Below, piece by piece: positions 9,480-19,620 of a stretch of DNA of 64,000 bases. Both the position numbers and the translations under genes were made by a program. Location: the IMG/VR virus record IMGVR_UViG_3300027763_000026; one strand, 5' to 3'. The notes under the pieces are model-generated. The model ran no database searches. It was given only the letters and a program-made list of their open reading frames with translations, and was not told where the DNA came from. Within the stretch, counting starts at the first letter, position 1; the number at the start of each line of letters is the position of its first letter. Source of the stretch: a virus.

Positions 9480-9691
9480 TTTTTATTTTTTGGGACAAAG
9501 TATATTATGACTTCGTCCCCGTATGTTTGAAATTTCTTTAATTTATAATTTTTTCTATCAAGAAGATTTGTTAATTCGTTTGTATATTCGCCTTTAGTAT
9601 AGACTATAATAGTGTTTGAATCTTTTGAATCAACCCCGTATTCGTCTGAAAATTCAGAGCATATTGCCAAGGCTTCGCTTTGGTTACTCAC
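9476..9691 (-). CDS. Hypothetical protein
   Basis: ORF track; GTG start with AGTGTAA motif 8 nt upstream. Confidence 0.55.
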   Translation of the reverse strand: MSNQSEALAICSEFSDEYGVDSKDSNTIIVYTKGEYTNELTNLLDRKNYKLKKFQTYGDEVIIYFVPKNKN

Positions 9692-9709
9692 ATAATAGTT
9701 TACACTATT

Positions 9710-10702
9710 TTAAATAGATTCTTTGTTTCCAGAAAAGATAACTTCTATATAATCATTAATGGAATGGTTTAGATATGTTTTAATAAAAGACTGCATTGCG
9801 CTTAACGTATCAAATTTGTATAAATCATTATTTTGATATAATTTGTAAGTGTCCATTTGCTCGAAAATATCGCATTTATTAATTATAAGTTTTGTTACTC
9901 CAGAAATTCTAATTGCATCAATTAGTTTATTTAAATTAAGCCAATTTACCATTCTCTTTCTACCAGTTGTTGAGCCAAACTCTTTACCTAGTTCAATTAT
10001 CATATTCAATTCCTGGTCTTGCCATAGAGATTCTGGAAATAATGGATCTACCCCACTTTTTGTATCATAAATTTTTGCTACGCCAATTATATTCCTTACT
10101 TTTTTTGGACTAAAACCTAAAGAGCAAGCTGAATATGGAAGAGTTTCACTACTAGTAACATAAGGATAATCTCCATAATTTATATCTAGCCAAAAACTTT
10201 GAGCTCCTTCGCAAAGAATTTCTCCATAGAGTCTTCCGTCCCAAAGATATTTTTTATCTAAATAGTTTTGAGCAAGTTTCCCAATTCTTAATGCCTTATC
10301 TGAATATGCTGGAGCAATACCTTGGCCAGTGGTTCCAAATTTTGTTTTTAAGAATTTAAGATCATATTCAATATGTTTTTCTGTTATAATATGAGCCTTG
10401 GGACTAACTTTAATTAAAGATGTATCAAATCCTTCTTTTTCAAGATAATCTATTTCGTCATAAAATTTGTCTACATTAATCACACAATTAGGCCCTATAA
10501 CGCTAAGTTTGTTTTGGAAAATCCCGCACGGTATGACATGAGTTTTATATTTTTTATCATTAATATAAACTGTGTGACCTGCATTGGGGCCACCATTCCA
10601 GCGACAAACTATATCGTAATTTTTAGATATAGCGTTGCTTATCTTTCCTTTTCCTTCATCTCCCCAAGCTAAACCAAATATAATATCAACTGCTTTGATC
10701 AT
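9710..10702 (-). CDS. purA: Adenylosuccinate synthetase, short form
   Basis: WGDEGKGK, GGPNAGHT, GTTGQG, EGAQ, YPYVTSS, EFGSTTGRKR, NKCD. Confidence 0.92.
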   Translation of the reverse strand: MIKAVDIIFGLAWGDEGKGKISNAISKNYDIVCRWNGGPNAGHTVYINDKKYKTHVIPCGIFQNKLSVIGPNCVINVDKFYDEIDYLEKEGFDTSLIKVSPKAHIITEKHIEYDLKFLKTKFGTTGQGIAPAYSDKALRIGKLAQNYLDKKYLWDGRLYGEILCEGAQSFWLDINYGDYPYVTSSETLPYSACSLGFSPKKVRNIIGVAKIYDTKSGVDPLFPESLWQDQELNMIIELGKEFGSTTGRKRMVNWLNLNKLIDAIRISGVTKLIINKCDIFEQMDTYKLYQNNDLYKFDTLSAMQSFIKTYLNHSINDYIEVIFSGNKESI

Positions 10703-10910
10703 TTTTAGGCGTATTTTTTTCTATAAATTCATTTAACAGTTTTTTACAAAAATTTGATCCGTCTATTCCGCAGCATCTTTTAAATTTCTTTCCTTCGAAT
10801 GGACAGAGATAATTTCTACCTAGCTTTGGGGCGAGTCTATGTATTGGAGAGCTATCTGTTCCTCTTACATATAGCGGTACATCAGATTTAAACAAAGACG
10901 ACTGTTCCAT
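10686..10910 (-). CDS. SEC-C motif (Zn-binding) small protein
   Basis: KLGRNYLCPFEGKKFKRCC; start moved to ATG 10910 because a consensus promoter lies directly upstream. Confidence 0.7.
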   Translation of the reverse strand: MEQSSLFKSDVPLYVRGTDSSPIHRLAPKLGRNYLCPFEGKKFKRCCGIDGSNFCKKLLNEFIEKNTPKNDQSS

Positions 10911-10916
10911 GGTTTT

Positions 10917-10945
10917 ATTATACAAATAAATTATCTTATTGTCAA
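10917..10945 (-). promoter_or_regulatory. Sigma-70 promoter, leaderless
   Basis: TTGACA-17-TATAAT-6-ATG(10910). Confidence 0.8.
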
Positions 10946-11272
10946 CGGCGTTTGCTGTGCTTTATTTATAAGAAAAATCTTATGATTTAATCTAAAAGTT
11001 TCATTTTCTTTGGCGGAAATAATTGCTTGTTGTCTAGACCTTGCTATCGACTCATTTTTATTAAACAAGGAGTATGACTTCTTTTGTTCGTTCAAGTATT
11101 TAATTTGCTCGGCATTTGATTGAACCTGAGCCTTAACTATATAAAGTTCTACTGATCTTGTGGATTGGTCCATTTTTTGATAAGCTACTTGTGCCTGAGA
11201 TTTATTCATAGTCCAAAAAGCTATGAGAATCAAGCATATGTATTTTACGTATTTAATATCACATTTTTCCAT
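10931..11272 (-). CDS. Hypothetical secreted/membrane protein
   Basis: N-terminal hydrophobic stretch ending SQA-Q; coiled-coil-like body. Confidence 0.55.
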   Translation of the reverse strand: MEKCDIKYVKYICLILIAFWTMNKSQAQVAYQKMDQSTRSVELYIVKAQVQSNAEQIKYLNEQKKSYSLFNKNESIARSRQQAIISAKENETFRLNHKIFLINKAQQTPLTIR

Positions 11273-12365
11273 GAGAAAATCCCTCGTACATATTATTTAT
11301 TGTTGATCTAACTGCGATGATTTTATTCGTCCAAAGTCCACCACGCATATCTTCCATTTTTCTAAAACCTAGATAACTCATGGCGCTTCTTAGTCCATTT
11401 GCGAAATCGTAAACAACATCTTCTATGGTATTGTCTGATAATGGAATTAAAGTGTTGTCTCCTTCTACGAAGAGATTCTTTTTCGTCCCGTCGTATAATT
11501 GATAATCTTCTACGACATCTTTAGAAGCCATGCCTCTATATTTTGCATATTTTTTGCCATTCTTTTCCACTATGTCTTCGTCATCGACCGTGTCTTGCAA
11601 TCCAGCAAAGATTTTACCGCATATTATTGCGTCACACCCACTCGCTATAGCTTTAACTAAATCTTTTGGATAACGAATTCCACCATCTGCTAATATACTT
11701 GGCCTATGGTCTGGATTTGGTTTGTCTTGCTTAAATAAATCGACTTGAGAAAGTTCCCAATTTTTTACTGATTGCCAAGCGTAAAAATTACCAGTTACGC
11801 TTGGGCAACCAATGCCAGTTTTTACTTGCGTTAAGCACATCGAGCCTGGCCCGATAAGGTGTCTAAATCCGTCTGCTTTTAAATTTGCTAGTCTATAAAC
11901 GCTTTCTTTAGTTAGAGTATTTCCAATTATAATATCTTGAGTAAAATTACTAGTCTTGTACCATCTGAGAAAGTCTTCTGCGTTTTTTGATAATCCATTC
12001 GCTGTGTCAAGAAAGTAAATGTCTGTATATTTCTTAGTGAGATTAATTCTTTCTTCTGCGTCTTTTAATCCAATTGCATTTATGGATAAACCACTTTCGT
12101 CTTTAATCATCTTTGATTTAACTTTTTGCTCTTCGATTGGCATAAATCTATGCAAAACGCCAGCCGCACCAATTTTATTCATTTTAATGCATGACTTGAC
12201 TGAAGAAACGGTATCCATAGGAGATAAAATAATTGGTATTTTAATCTGATTATTTCTAGAAATTTTTGTGGACGTATCAACTTCTTTTCTAGAAGAGATA
12301 TCTGAAAAATTAGGCAAAAGAGAAATATCGTCGTAGCCTAGAGCTTCTTTGAAGTTTTGTTGCAT
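11259..12365 (-). CDS. IMPDH/GMP reductase family enzyme without CBS domains; flap looks GMPR-like
   Basis: SPMDTVS, IGPGSMCLT (catalytic Cys), ADGGIR, YRGMAS...VEG; no RY dyad seen in the flap. Confidence 0.85.
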   Translation of the reverse strand: MQQNFKEALGYDDISLLPNFSDISSRKEVDTSTKISRNNQIKIPIILSPMDTVSSVKSCIKMNKIGAAGVLHRFMPIEEQKVKSKMIKDESGLSINAIGLKDAEERINLTKKYTDIYFLDTANGLSKNAEDFLRWYKTSNFTQDIIIGNTLTKESVYRLANLKADGFRHLIGPGSMCLTQVKTGIGCPSVTGNFYAWQSVKNWELSQVDLFKQDKPNPDHRPSILADGGIRYPKDLVKAIASGCDAIICGKIFAGLQDTVDDEDIVEKNGKKYAKYRGMASKDVVEDYQLYDGTKKNLFVEGDNTLIPLSDNTIEDVVYDFANGLRSAMSYLGFRKMEDMRGGLWTNKIIAVRSTINNMYEGFSHGKM

Positions 12366-12371
12366 ATATGA

Positions 12372-12400
12372 ATACTAATATTTTTATATTTTTCTGTCAA
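12372..12400 (-). promoter_or_regulatory. Sigma-70 promoter, leaderless
   Basis: TTGACA-17-TAGTAT-6-ATG(12365). Confidence 0.75.
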
Positions 12401-12815
12401 GTTTTAAAAGATCCATATTATAGAACTTAAATATCTCCTTAGCGCCTTCATCAAAACTATAGTCTTCTGTATAAATGATTTTTTTAATTCCATATGAGGC
12501 TATATTTAGGGCGCAGCTTGAGCATGGAAGTAAAGTGCAGGCTGCAATATAAGGCTCATCGTCTCTATTTATTCTTGCTAAAGCATTTATTTCTGCATGG
12601 ATAATGAACTTTCTTCTATAATCTCTATCTTTCCAAAAAAGATCGTTTTTGTCTACTTTGGGCAATAACCCATTATATCCTGTGGAAAGTATCTTACCTT
12701 CTTTATTCAAAATACAACATCCCACTTTTCTGTGCATGTCCTCTGATCTTTTTGCACATTCCACAGCAATATTTATTGCCATTTCTTCAAAAGAAATTCT
12801 ATTTTGCATACTCAT
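12384..12815 (-). CDS. dCMP deaminase
   Basis: VGCCI, GYNG, HAEINAL, PCSSC; likely start is the second ATG at 12809. Confidence 0.9.
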   Translation of the reverse strand: MSMQNRISFEEMAINIAVECAKRSEDMHRKVGCCILNKEGKILSTGYNGLLPKVDKNDLFWKDRDYRRKFIIHAEINALARINRDDEPYIAACTLLPCSSCALNIASYGIKKIIYTEDYSFDEGAKEIFKFYNMDLLKLDRKI

Positions 12816-12837
12816 ATATTATCATAGAAGTTACGCC

Positions 12838-12866
12838 TTGACAAGGTAATTTATTATGTCTATAAT
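12838..12866 (+). promoter_or_regulatory. Sigma-70 promoter, leaderless; -35 lies in the near-palindrome CCTTGACAAGG shared with a divergent promoter
   Basis: TTGACA-17-TATAAT-6-ATG(12873). Confidence 0.85.
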
Positions 12867-12872
12867 CATTAA

Positions 12873-13457
12873 ATGATAATAGGCATTACTGGAGTAGCAA
12901 GGTCTGGGAAAGACACTTTTTATTCTATCCTAAAGAAATATTTAGAAGAAAGAAATATAAAGTCTGAAAGATTAGCTTTCGCTGATGATTTAAAAAATGA
13001 ACTTAATGATTTTACTAAAGACAAATTTAAAATAGACCTATTTAAATGCAATGACCAAGAAAAAGAAACTATTAGACCTTTAATGGTTGCTTATGGTAAA
13101 TGCAGAAGATCTCAAAGTCAAGGAACCTACTGGACTTCTCAATTAGACAAAAAAATAGAAAGGCTTAAAAAAGATAAAACAATACCAATTATAACTGATG
13201 TCAGATATATCGAATATAAAGACGATGAATATGCATGGCTTAAGTCTTATAACGGAGTTTTAATACATTTATCTAGAAAACTGGATGACGGATCTTTCGT
13301 GCCACCAGCTAATATAGAGGAAAAATCAAATGATAATAAATTAAAAGCCGTTGCAGATATCTCTGTGTGCTGGGATACTTGCCAAGATACAAATGTTTTA
13401 TATGAATTAACTCAAAGACATTTAAAATCAATTTATGAAAGAATTTCACAACTTTAA
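12873..13457 (+). CDS. Deoxynucleoside monophosphate kinase
   Basis: IGITGVARSGKDT P-loop, FADDLK, ITDVRY. Confidence 0.85.
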   Translation: MIIGITGVARSGKDTFYSILKKYLEERNIKSERLAFADDLKNELNDFTKDKFKIDLFKCNDQEKETIRPLMVAYGKCRRSQSQGTYWTSQLDKKIERLKKDKTIPIITDVRYIEYKDDEYAWLKSYNGVLIHLSRKLDDGSFVPPANIEEKSNDNKLKAVADISVCWDTCQDTNVLYELTQRHLKSIYERISQL

Positions 13458-14064
13458 TATGAATATAAAAACAACAAATGATAACGCCTTGATTCAAGAT
13501 GTATTGAATCGAAACAATAGCCATGCTCTTAAAGAACTCGAATTAAGACATAGCGGCATATGCCATAAAATGATTAAAAAATATTATTATAATATGGTGC
13601 AGTCTGGGATTGACCCAGAAGATGTAATCGCAGAGAAAACTTATATCATATATAAATCAGTAATGAACTTTAACCCTGATAAAAATGTTAAATTTTCTAC
13701 TTGGTTAGGTAATCAAATGAGATATCATTGTCTAAATACAATCAATAAAAACAATCGTCACATAACTATGGAAGACACCGCAATCAAACATATTATAGAA
13801 AAAAATCAAATCAAAGCTAATAATGAAACTATAGCTTTTAAAGAAAAAGCTGATATGATATTCTCTATCCTAAATAGATGCAAAGATAAAAGAATTAAAA
13901 AAATATATAAATTAAGATATTTCAACAGTAAGAGATTGATGTCTTGGGCAGATATTGGCGAGAAAATGAAATTAAGCACTCAAACTGTCATTAATATTCA
14001 TAATAAGGGCAAAGATTTCTTAAAGAATAAATTGACAAGTAACACTAACTCGGATATAATATAA
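13435..14064 (+). CDS. Phage sigma-70-family sigma factor
   Basis: Region 2 FNPDKNVKFSTWLGNQMRY; region 4 HTH MSWADIGEKMKLSTQTV; start may be 13459. Confidence 0.8.
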   Translation: MKEFHNFNMNIKTTNDNALIQDVLNRNNSHALKELELRHSGICHKMIKKYYYNMVQSGIDPEDVIAEKTYIIYKSVMNFNPDKNVKFSTWLGNQMRYHCLNTINKNNRHITMEDTAIKHIIEKNQIKANNETIAFKEKADMIFSILNRCKDKRIKKIYKLRYFNSKRLMSWADIGEKMKLSTQTVINIHNKGKDFLKNKLTSNTNSDII

Positions 14065-14079
14065 ACAATAGGAGACAAT

Positions 14080-14406
14080 ATGGAAAACAATAAACAACAA
14101 AATGATTGGCAAAAAAGAGACATCGGTGCATTGTGGAAAAGAGAAGGGAAAACTCAGAAATATCTTTCTGGTTATTTTAAAGATGAACTTGGGGAACAAG
14201 TAGAGATCGTTATTTTTGCTAATAAATTTAAAAAAGAGAATCCTAAAGCTCCAGATTACAGAGTATATCTCTCGTCAAAAATTGATGGATCTAAAAAAAC
14301 ACAAGTTGAAGCGCCTACCGCTTCTGAAGTCCCTGTCAAGGCCCAAAAGAAAGTTGTCGAAAAGGTTGTAGAGAAAGTAATTGAAGAGGAAGAAGATCTG
14401 CTGTGA
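14080..14406 (+). CDS. DUF736-like (putative ssDNA-binding) protein with acidic tail
   Basis: IGALWKR...YLSG...APDYRV, C-terminal EEEEDLL; has a GGAG Shine-Dalgarno. Confidence 0.55.
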   Translation: MENNKQQNDWQKRDIGALWKREGKTQKYLSGYFKDELGEQVEIVIFANKFKKENPKAPDYRVYLSSKIDGSKKTQVEAPTASEVPVKAQKKVVEKVVEKVIEEEEDLL

Positions 14407-15485
14407 GTTTATGCTTGAATTTGCCAATTAACTCCGTATCTTTTGGGCAAACTTCTGCGTTAATTTTAAAAGAACTCTTCAAAAGGGAAACAGATGTAAT
14501 TCTATTTCCAATTGGAAGTCAGATAGATTTTTCTACTCAAAATGTCGAAAAGAAATTTCTTGATTGGGTTAATATATCATTAAAAGATAATGACTCCAGA
14601 TATTCTAGGAATGATAGGATTTTTAAATTATGGCATATCAACGGCTCCCTAGAGTCTTTCGCTAAAGAGCAATTATTATTTTCTTTTTATGAACTTGATC
14701 AACCTACGCAAGCCGAAATAAATATTGTAAAAAATAACCACAAAGTCTTGTTCTCTTCTGAGTACACTTGTGAAGTTTTTAAAAATGCTGGTTGCAACAA
14801 TATAGAATATGTACCATTAGCTTTTGATAAATATAACTTTTTTAATACTAATAAAACATATATGGAGGATCGTATAACTTTTAATTTAGCAGGTAAATTA
14901 GAAAAAAGAAAAAATCATAAAAAGGTTATACAGAGTTGGCTTAAGAAATACGGTAATAATAGAGACTATTTTCTACAATGTGCAATCTATAATCCATTCT
15001 TAAAACCTCAAGATCAACAACAATTATTAAATTCTATTTTAGAAGGTAAAGAGTACTTTAATATATCATTTTTAAATTTTATGGAAAATAATGCTTTATA
15101 TAATGACTATTTAAATAGTGCAGATGTAATAATTGGCATGAGCGGTGGAGAGGGCTGGGGATTACCAGAATTTCATTCTGTAGCTCTAGGAAAACAGGCT
15201 GTAATCTTAAATGCTCATTCTTATAAATCTTGGGCTAATAAAGATAACTCTGTGTTAGTAGAACCATCTGGTAAAATTGAAGCATATGACAACATGTTTT
15301 TTCACAAAGGGCAAAGGTTTAATCAAGGTAATATTTATACATTCAATGATGATGATTTTATAGATGGATGCGAAAAAGCTATTAAAAAAATAAAATCAAA
15401 TAAAATAAATAAAAATGGTTTAAAATTGCAAGAAGAGTTTTCTGCTACAAGACTAGTTGATAATATATTAAAACATTATGCCTGA
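14403..15485 (+). CDS. GT-B (family 4-like) glycosyltransferase
   Basis: GKLEKRKN, GEGWGLPEFHSVALGK. Confidence 0.8.
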   Translation: MSLCLNLPINSVSFGQTSALILKELFKRETDVILFPIGSQIDFSTQNVEKKFLDWVNISLKDNDSRYSRNDRIFKLWHINGSLESFAKEQLLFSFYELDQPTQAEINIVKNNHKVLFSSEYTCEVFKNAGCNNIEYVPLAFDKYNFFNTNKTYMEDRITFNLAGKLEKRKNHKKVIQSWLKKYGNNRDYFLQCAIYNPFLKPQDQQQLLNSILEGKEYFNISFLNFMENNALYNDYLNSADVIIGMSGGEGWGLPEFHSVALGKQAVILNAHSYKSWANKDNSVLVEPSGKIEAYDNMFFHKGQRFNQGNIYTFNDDDFIDGCEKAIKKIKSNKINKNGLKLQEEFSATRLVDNILKHYA

Positions 15486-15828
15486 ATATTTATATCAACA
15501 TCCCAAAAGTAATAAAATCATATCTTTAATTCAAAGTATTCATGAAAAACATGAATATCAAGACGATTCTGGAGTTAAATGGAACAGGATTTTTACTTCG
15601 CCTCAGTTGAATACAGAAGGGACTTTGAAAGCTGATTGTACAGCAAAAGAGTTTAGTGATTTCACTGGCAGAAAAAAAGGCACCGTAGGTGATCTTTGGG
15701 ATAGAAGTGCTGAGTTATCAGCAAAAAGAGAAAAGCTCCTTGGTAAAGACCCATTAAAACAGAAATATTTTGATAATTGGAGCAAGAAAAGAAAAGGCAA
15801 AAAGCACCCTTCATCTAGACAAGACTAA
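15478..15828 (+). CDS. FmdB-like zinc-ribbon family protein lacking Cys ligands
   Basis: MPEYLYQHPKS...Q-SIHE resembles the MPxYxYxC start of the FmdB family. Confidence 0.45.
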   Translation: MPEYLYQHPKSNKIISLIQSIHEKHEYQDDSGVKWNRIFTSPQLNTEGTLKADCTAKEFSDFTGRKKGTVGDLWDRSAELSAKREKLLGKDPLKQKYFDNWSKKRKGKKHPSSRQD

Positions 15829-16157
15829 TTTTTTCTATTAAAATGATTTTGTATTATATCAAAATTACGATCTAATTTAGCTTCTATTCTATCAAAATAA
15901 GTTTCAAATGATTCTTTCGTTACATAAGTAGTTGAAATTTTTAAAGCTAGATCTGCTATCTCTTGTTGATGTTTTCTGCCTTCTAATTCCATTTCTTTTC
16001 TTAATGTTATAAAATCGCTAAATGTTTTATCATTTATATCTTTCATTAAAGTCTCTTGTTTGTCAAAAAGAGAAAATACTCTAGTGAATAGCCATCCCCC
16101 TAAGAAAGAAAGTGCCCCTAAGACTAAGTTAAATATAATAGTAATATCTAAATTCAC
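15825..16157 (-). CDS. Single-TM coiled-coil protein (holin/late membrane protein-like)
   Basis: N-terminal TM, YVTKE...RIEAKLD; TGTGTAA 8 nt upstream. Confidence 0.55.
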   Translation of the reverse strand: MNLDITIIFNLVLGALSFLGGWLFTRVFSLFDKQETLMKDINDKTFSDFITLRKEMELEGRKHQQEIADLALKISTTYVTKESFETYFDRIEAKLDRNFDIIQNHFNRKN

Positions 16158-16186
16158 ATAGATAATTACACATTAATATATAGATA

Positions 16187-17251
16187 TTAGAGTTTTAAAT
16201 CACCAAAATCTTCGTCTTCTATGTCCGTCTTCCTTGCGCCCACTTTATAGCTTGATATCTCAGTTTCTTGTGGCGCAACTTGCACTTTGCTACTGTCCAA
16301 ATAGCTGTCATGCCATCCAGCTATAGGATTATCTTTTTGATTAAATATCTTCTTATAGCCTAAGCTTCTTAATCGGCTATCACAAAGCCACTTAGAGTAG
16401 CCATCTAGAACGTCAGCATTTAATCCAAGTAAACTGCCTTTACTAAAGAGATACTGAGACCATTCACTTTCGTTCTTCGCGGCCTGTTCATAGAAAGCGT
16501 ATATCTTATCTTCATTTTTCTTTACAATAGATGTAAAGCCTTCTTTATCTTCGTCACGAAGTATCTTCAATAGATTTTGAGAGGTAGCAAAATGCAAAGC
16601 TTCATCTCTTTGAATGAATTTTATAATTTTAGAATTACCTTCCATCTTTCCCCGATATCCAAAATAAAAAGAACAAGCAAAAGAAACATAAAACACGAGT
16701 CCTTCCATTACATTAATAGAAAGAATAGCATCAAAAATCTTTTGTTTAGGGTCTTTCTTTTCGTCGCTACCAAGAATTTTATCAAAATTATCTCTAATTA
16801 ATTGAGCGCGACCTGTTATTTCTTTATCCTCCATGATACTATCAAAAAATTTAGTAGGATCTGGATGAACATTATTTAAAAGATAAGAATAAGAATAACT
16901 ATGAATGCCTTCAAATTGAGCCCAAGTATTCATGCATATTTCTAGCTCTGGATTACTAACGTAATCTTTTAATGAGTGTATGCTTCTAGATAACATACTA
17001 TCTCCAAGAGTTTGGAATCTTAAATTACTATCAAATACAAATCTTTCGGTGTCAGTCAAATTTTTATAATCGCTTCTATCTTTTCCTAAAGCTATTTCAT
17101 GTGGCCACCAGAAGTTTTCATTTTGTTTTTTGAATAGCTCAAAAAATATTGGATATTTAAACCTATCATATCTTTGCAAATTTAAATCCTCGCCAAGAAA
17201 CAATGGTTGTTTAGTAAAGTCTACGTTTTTAAAATTTAATACTGTTTTCAT
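16187..17251 (-). CDS. nrdB: Ribonucleotide reductase class Ia beta subunit
   Basis: FWWPHE, EGIHSYSY, EGLVFY, RDEALH. Confidence 0.95.
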   Translation of the reverse strand: MKTVLNFKNVDFTKQPLFLGEDLNLQRYDRFKYPIFFELFKKQNENFWWPHEIALGKDRSDYKNLTDTERFVFDSNLRFQTLGDSMLSRSIHSLKDYVSNPELEICMNTWAQFEGIHSYSYSYLLNNVHPDPTKFFDSIMEDKEITGRAQLIRDNFDKILGSDEKKDPKQKIFDAILSINVMEGLVFYVSFACSFYFGYRGKMEGNSKIIKFIQRDEALHFATSQNLLKILRDEDKEGFTSIVKKNEDKIYAFYEQAAKNESEWSQYLFSKGSLLGLNADVLDGYSKWLCDSRLRSLGYKKIFNQKDNPIAGWHDSYLDSSKVQVAPQETEISSYKVGARKTDIEDEDFGDLKL

Positions 17252-19494
17252 AATTTACAAGCTCCACTAGCACAGTCATCTTCTTTTTGTGTCATAGACT
17301 GCTCTTTATCTCCATCGTCTGTATTATTATAATACAAACTAATTAGTCCAAGGCTATAAGCATACATTATTTCTTTCATAACTTTGCTGTCTGGTAATAT
17401 ATGATTTTCATAGTGACTGTAATTATAATACACATTAGTAGAAATAGCCATATCAATATATTTTTGAATTACTGCGTTTATTTTTAATAAACCTAAATTA
17501 TCTTTAAAATCAAAAGCTAATTCATAATTATGATCATATTTTCCAATTCCTGGAACCATAACTGGAAGTTTACCCATTTTGCTTGTTTTATAAGTAATAA
17601 GACTACGAATAGGCTCGACACCGTTTGTAGAAGATTGAATTACAGAGCTACTCTCACAAGGCATACAGGAGGATAATGTCGAATGTCTTAATCCAAATTC
17701 TTTGATATCTTTTCTTAGTTTCTCCCAATCAAGTGATAGTTTTCTTTTTACTAATTCGTCTACTTTATCTTTGTATGTATCTATTGGCAAGATACCTTTA
17801 GAGTATTTTGTATTTTCAAATTTTTCGCATCTGCCTTTTTCTTTAGACAATTGGCAACTACTCTTTAAAAGATAGTATTGAAAATGCTCCATCCACTCAT
17901 CTATTACCGAAAGAGACTTATCTGAATTATATTTTAATTCATTTTTAGCAAGAAAAGCTGCAAGATTGGTGATTCCAACTCCAAGGCTTCTACGCTTTTT
18001 AGCAAAATTTTCTGCTGCGAAATTGAAGTAGTCTTGAATGTCTATAATTTCTTCAAGGAATCTTACAATTAAATCACAAACTTTTTCTAAATCTTGCCAG
18101 TTTTTTACTTCTAACATATTAACTGCCGAAAGAATACACATACCAATTTCTGCATCTTTATCATGGTAGTCATTAAGTGGAATTGTGGGGTGAATAACTT
18201 CTGTGCAAAGATTGCTCATGGTTACTTTATCAGACCAAGCTCCATGATTGTTAGCATGATCTACATTTAGAATATAAATTCTTCCAGTTTCAACTCTTTC
18301 TTTTATTATAAGAGAGAATAATTTACGAGCAGAAATTTTCTTTTTAATTTTTAGTTTCTTAGACTCGCATTCTTTATAAATCTTATCAAAGTCTTTTGTC
18401 CCCCAAGCTTCATAAAGCTCTGGCACTTCGGCAGTATTAAATAGCATGATATCTTCATCTTTTAAAACCCTATCATAAAATAATTTGCTCATACCAACCG
18501 TATAATCAAGTTTACGAACTCGATTGTCGTCTGTTCCAGCATTATTTTTCAATACTACAACATCTTCAATTTCGTAATGCCACCATTGTATATTGCAGGT
18601 TGCACTTCCTCCTCTTAAACCATTTTGTTGCCAAGCTTTCACGCTACTCTCATAAATTTTTAAGAATGGAATTAACCCCGTATGGACGACTTCCCCATTT
18701 TTAATTGGGGCGCCAATTGCTCTAATCCTGCTAACATCAATTCCAATTCCACATCTATTTGCCGTAGCCATACTAACTGCCGTAGCACTAGCAGTAATGC
18801 TTTCTTTCGTATCGTCTACCCCAATCAAGCAACAACTCGCGTAATTTTTACTAGAAGTTCTTACTCCTGCCATAATTGGAGTTGGCAAATTTATTTTATG
18901 CTTACTAATAGCATCGTAAAATTTCCTTACATAAGTCAATCTAGTTTCGCTTGGATAATTTATAAATGCATAAGCAGAGATTAATATATAAGCAAACTGT
19001 GGTGTTTCGTAAATTTGTTGGGTAGTTCTATTTTTTATTAAATATTTATCACATAATTGTTTTATACCAGCATAGGTAAAGATAAAGTCTCTTTCGTGAT
19101 CTATAATTTCGCCCAGTTTATTTATTTCATCTTCTGTGTATTTTTCTAGGATAGCAGGGTCATATATCTTATTTTTTAAACCATTATTTATAAATTCAGA
19201 AAGTCTTGGCGCATGTTTGCCCTTCCAAACGTCTTTTCTTAATTGATAATTAAGAAGCCTAGCTGCAACATATTGATAGTTTGGTTTTTCTATAGAAATT
19301 AAATTTGCCGCACTTTCAATCAATAAGCTATGAATTTCTTTTGTATGAACTCCATCGGTTATATTAATTTTAGCATTTATCTCTATGTCTGTTAAACTAA
19401 CTCCAGAATATCCATCTATAGCCCAATTAATAACTTTGTTAATTTTTTCTATATCAAATTTTTCAGTAGTATTATTTCTTTTCTTAACATTCAT
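17248..19494 (-). CDS. nrdA: Ribonucleotide reductase class Ia alpha subunit with ATP-cone
   Basis: VKKRN ATP-cone, PTPIM, SCCL, SNLCTE, MPCESSS, TNGVEP, C-terminal CASGAC. Confidence 0.95.
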   Translation of the reverse strand: MNVKKRNNTTEKFDIEKINKVINWAIDGYSGVSLTDIEINAKINITDGVHTKEIHSLLIESAANLISIEKPNYQYVAARLLNYQLRKDVWKGKHAPRLSEFINNGLKNKIYDPAILEKYTEDEINKLGEIIDHERDFIFTYAGIKQLCDKYLIKNRTTQQIYETPQFAYILISAYAFINYPSETRLTYVRKFYDAISKHKINLPTPIMAGVRTSSKNYASCCLIGVDDTKESITASATAVSMATANRCGIGIDVSRIRAIGAPIKNGEVVHTGLIPFLKIYESSVKAWQQNGLRGGSATCNIQWWHYEIEDVVVLKNNAGTDDNRVRKLDYTVGMSKLFYDRVLKDEDIMLFNTAEVPELYEAWGTKDFDKIYKECESKKLKIKKKISARKLFSLIIKERVETGRIYILNVDHANNHGAWSDKVTMSNLCTEVIHPTIPLNDYHDKDAEIGMCILSAVNMLEVKNWQDLEKVCDLIVRFLEEIIDIQDYFNFAAENFAKKRRSLGVGITNLAAFLAKNELKYNSDKSLSVIDEWMEHFQYYLLKSSCQLSKEKGRCEKFENTKYSKGILPIDTYKDKVDELVKRKLSLDWEKLRKDIKEFGLRHSTLSSCMPCESSSVIQSSTNGVEPIRSLITYKTSKMGKLPVMVPGIGKYDHNYELAFDFKDNLGLLKINAVIQKYIDMAISTNVYYNYSHYENHILPDSKVMKEIMYAYSLGLISLYYNNTDDGDKEQSMTQKEDDCASGACKL

Positions 19495-19620
19495 TTTATA
19501 TAAAATAGGGGGAACTCTATATTACAGTGTTTTTTAAAATTTAAAAAGAAAAAAATTTAGTTTTATTAACATTTATTATTTAACTCAATAAAGAGTGTAC
19601 TAATCTGTATTTTTATAACA

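Noticed and set aside
9710-10702. PurZ / diaminopurine (Z) genome
   Set aside because: The catalytic Asp is retained (GDEGKG; PurZ has Ser there) and the GTP-type KxD motif (NKCD) is present. No dATPase or MazZ gene was recognised. It reads as ordinary short-form PurA.
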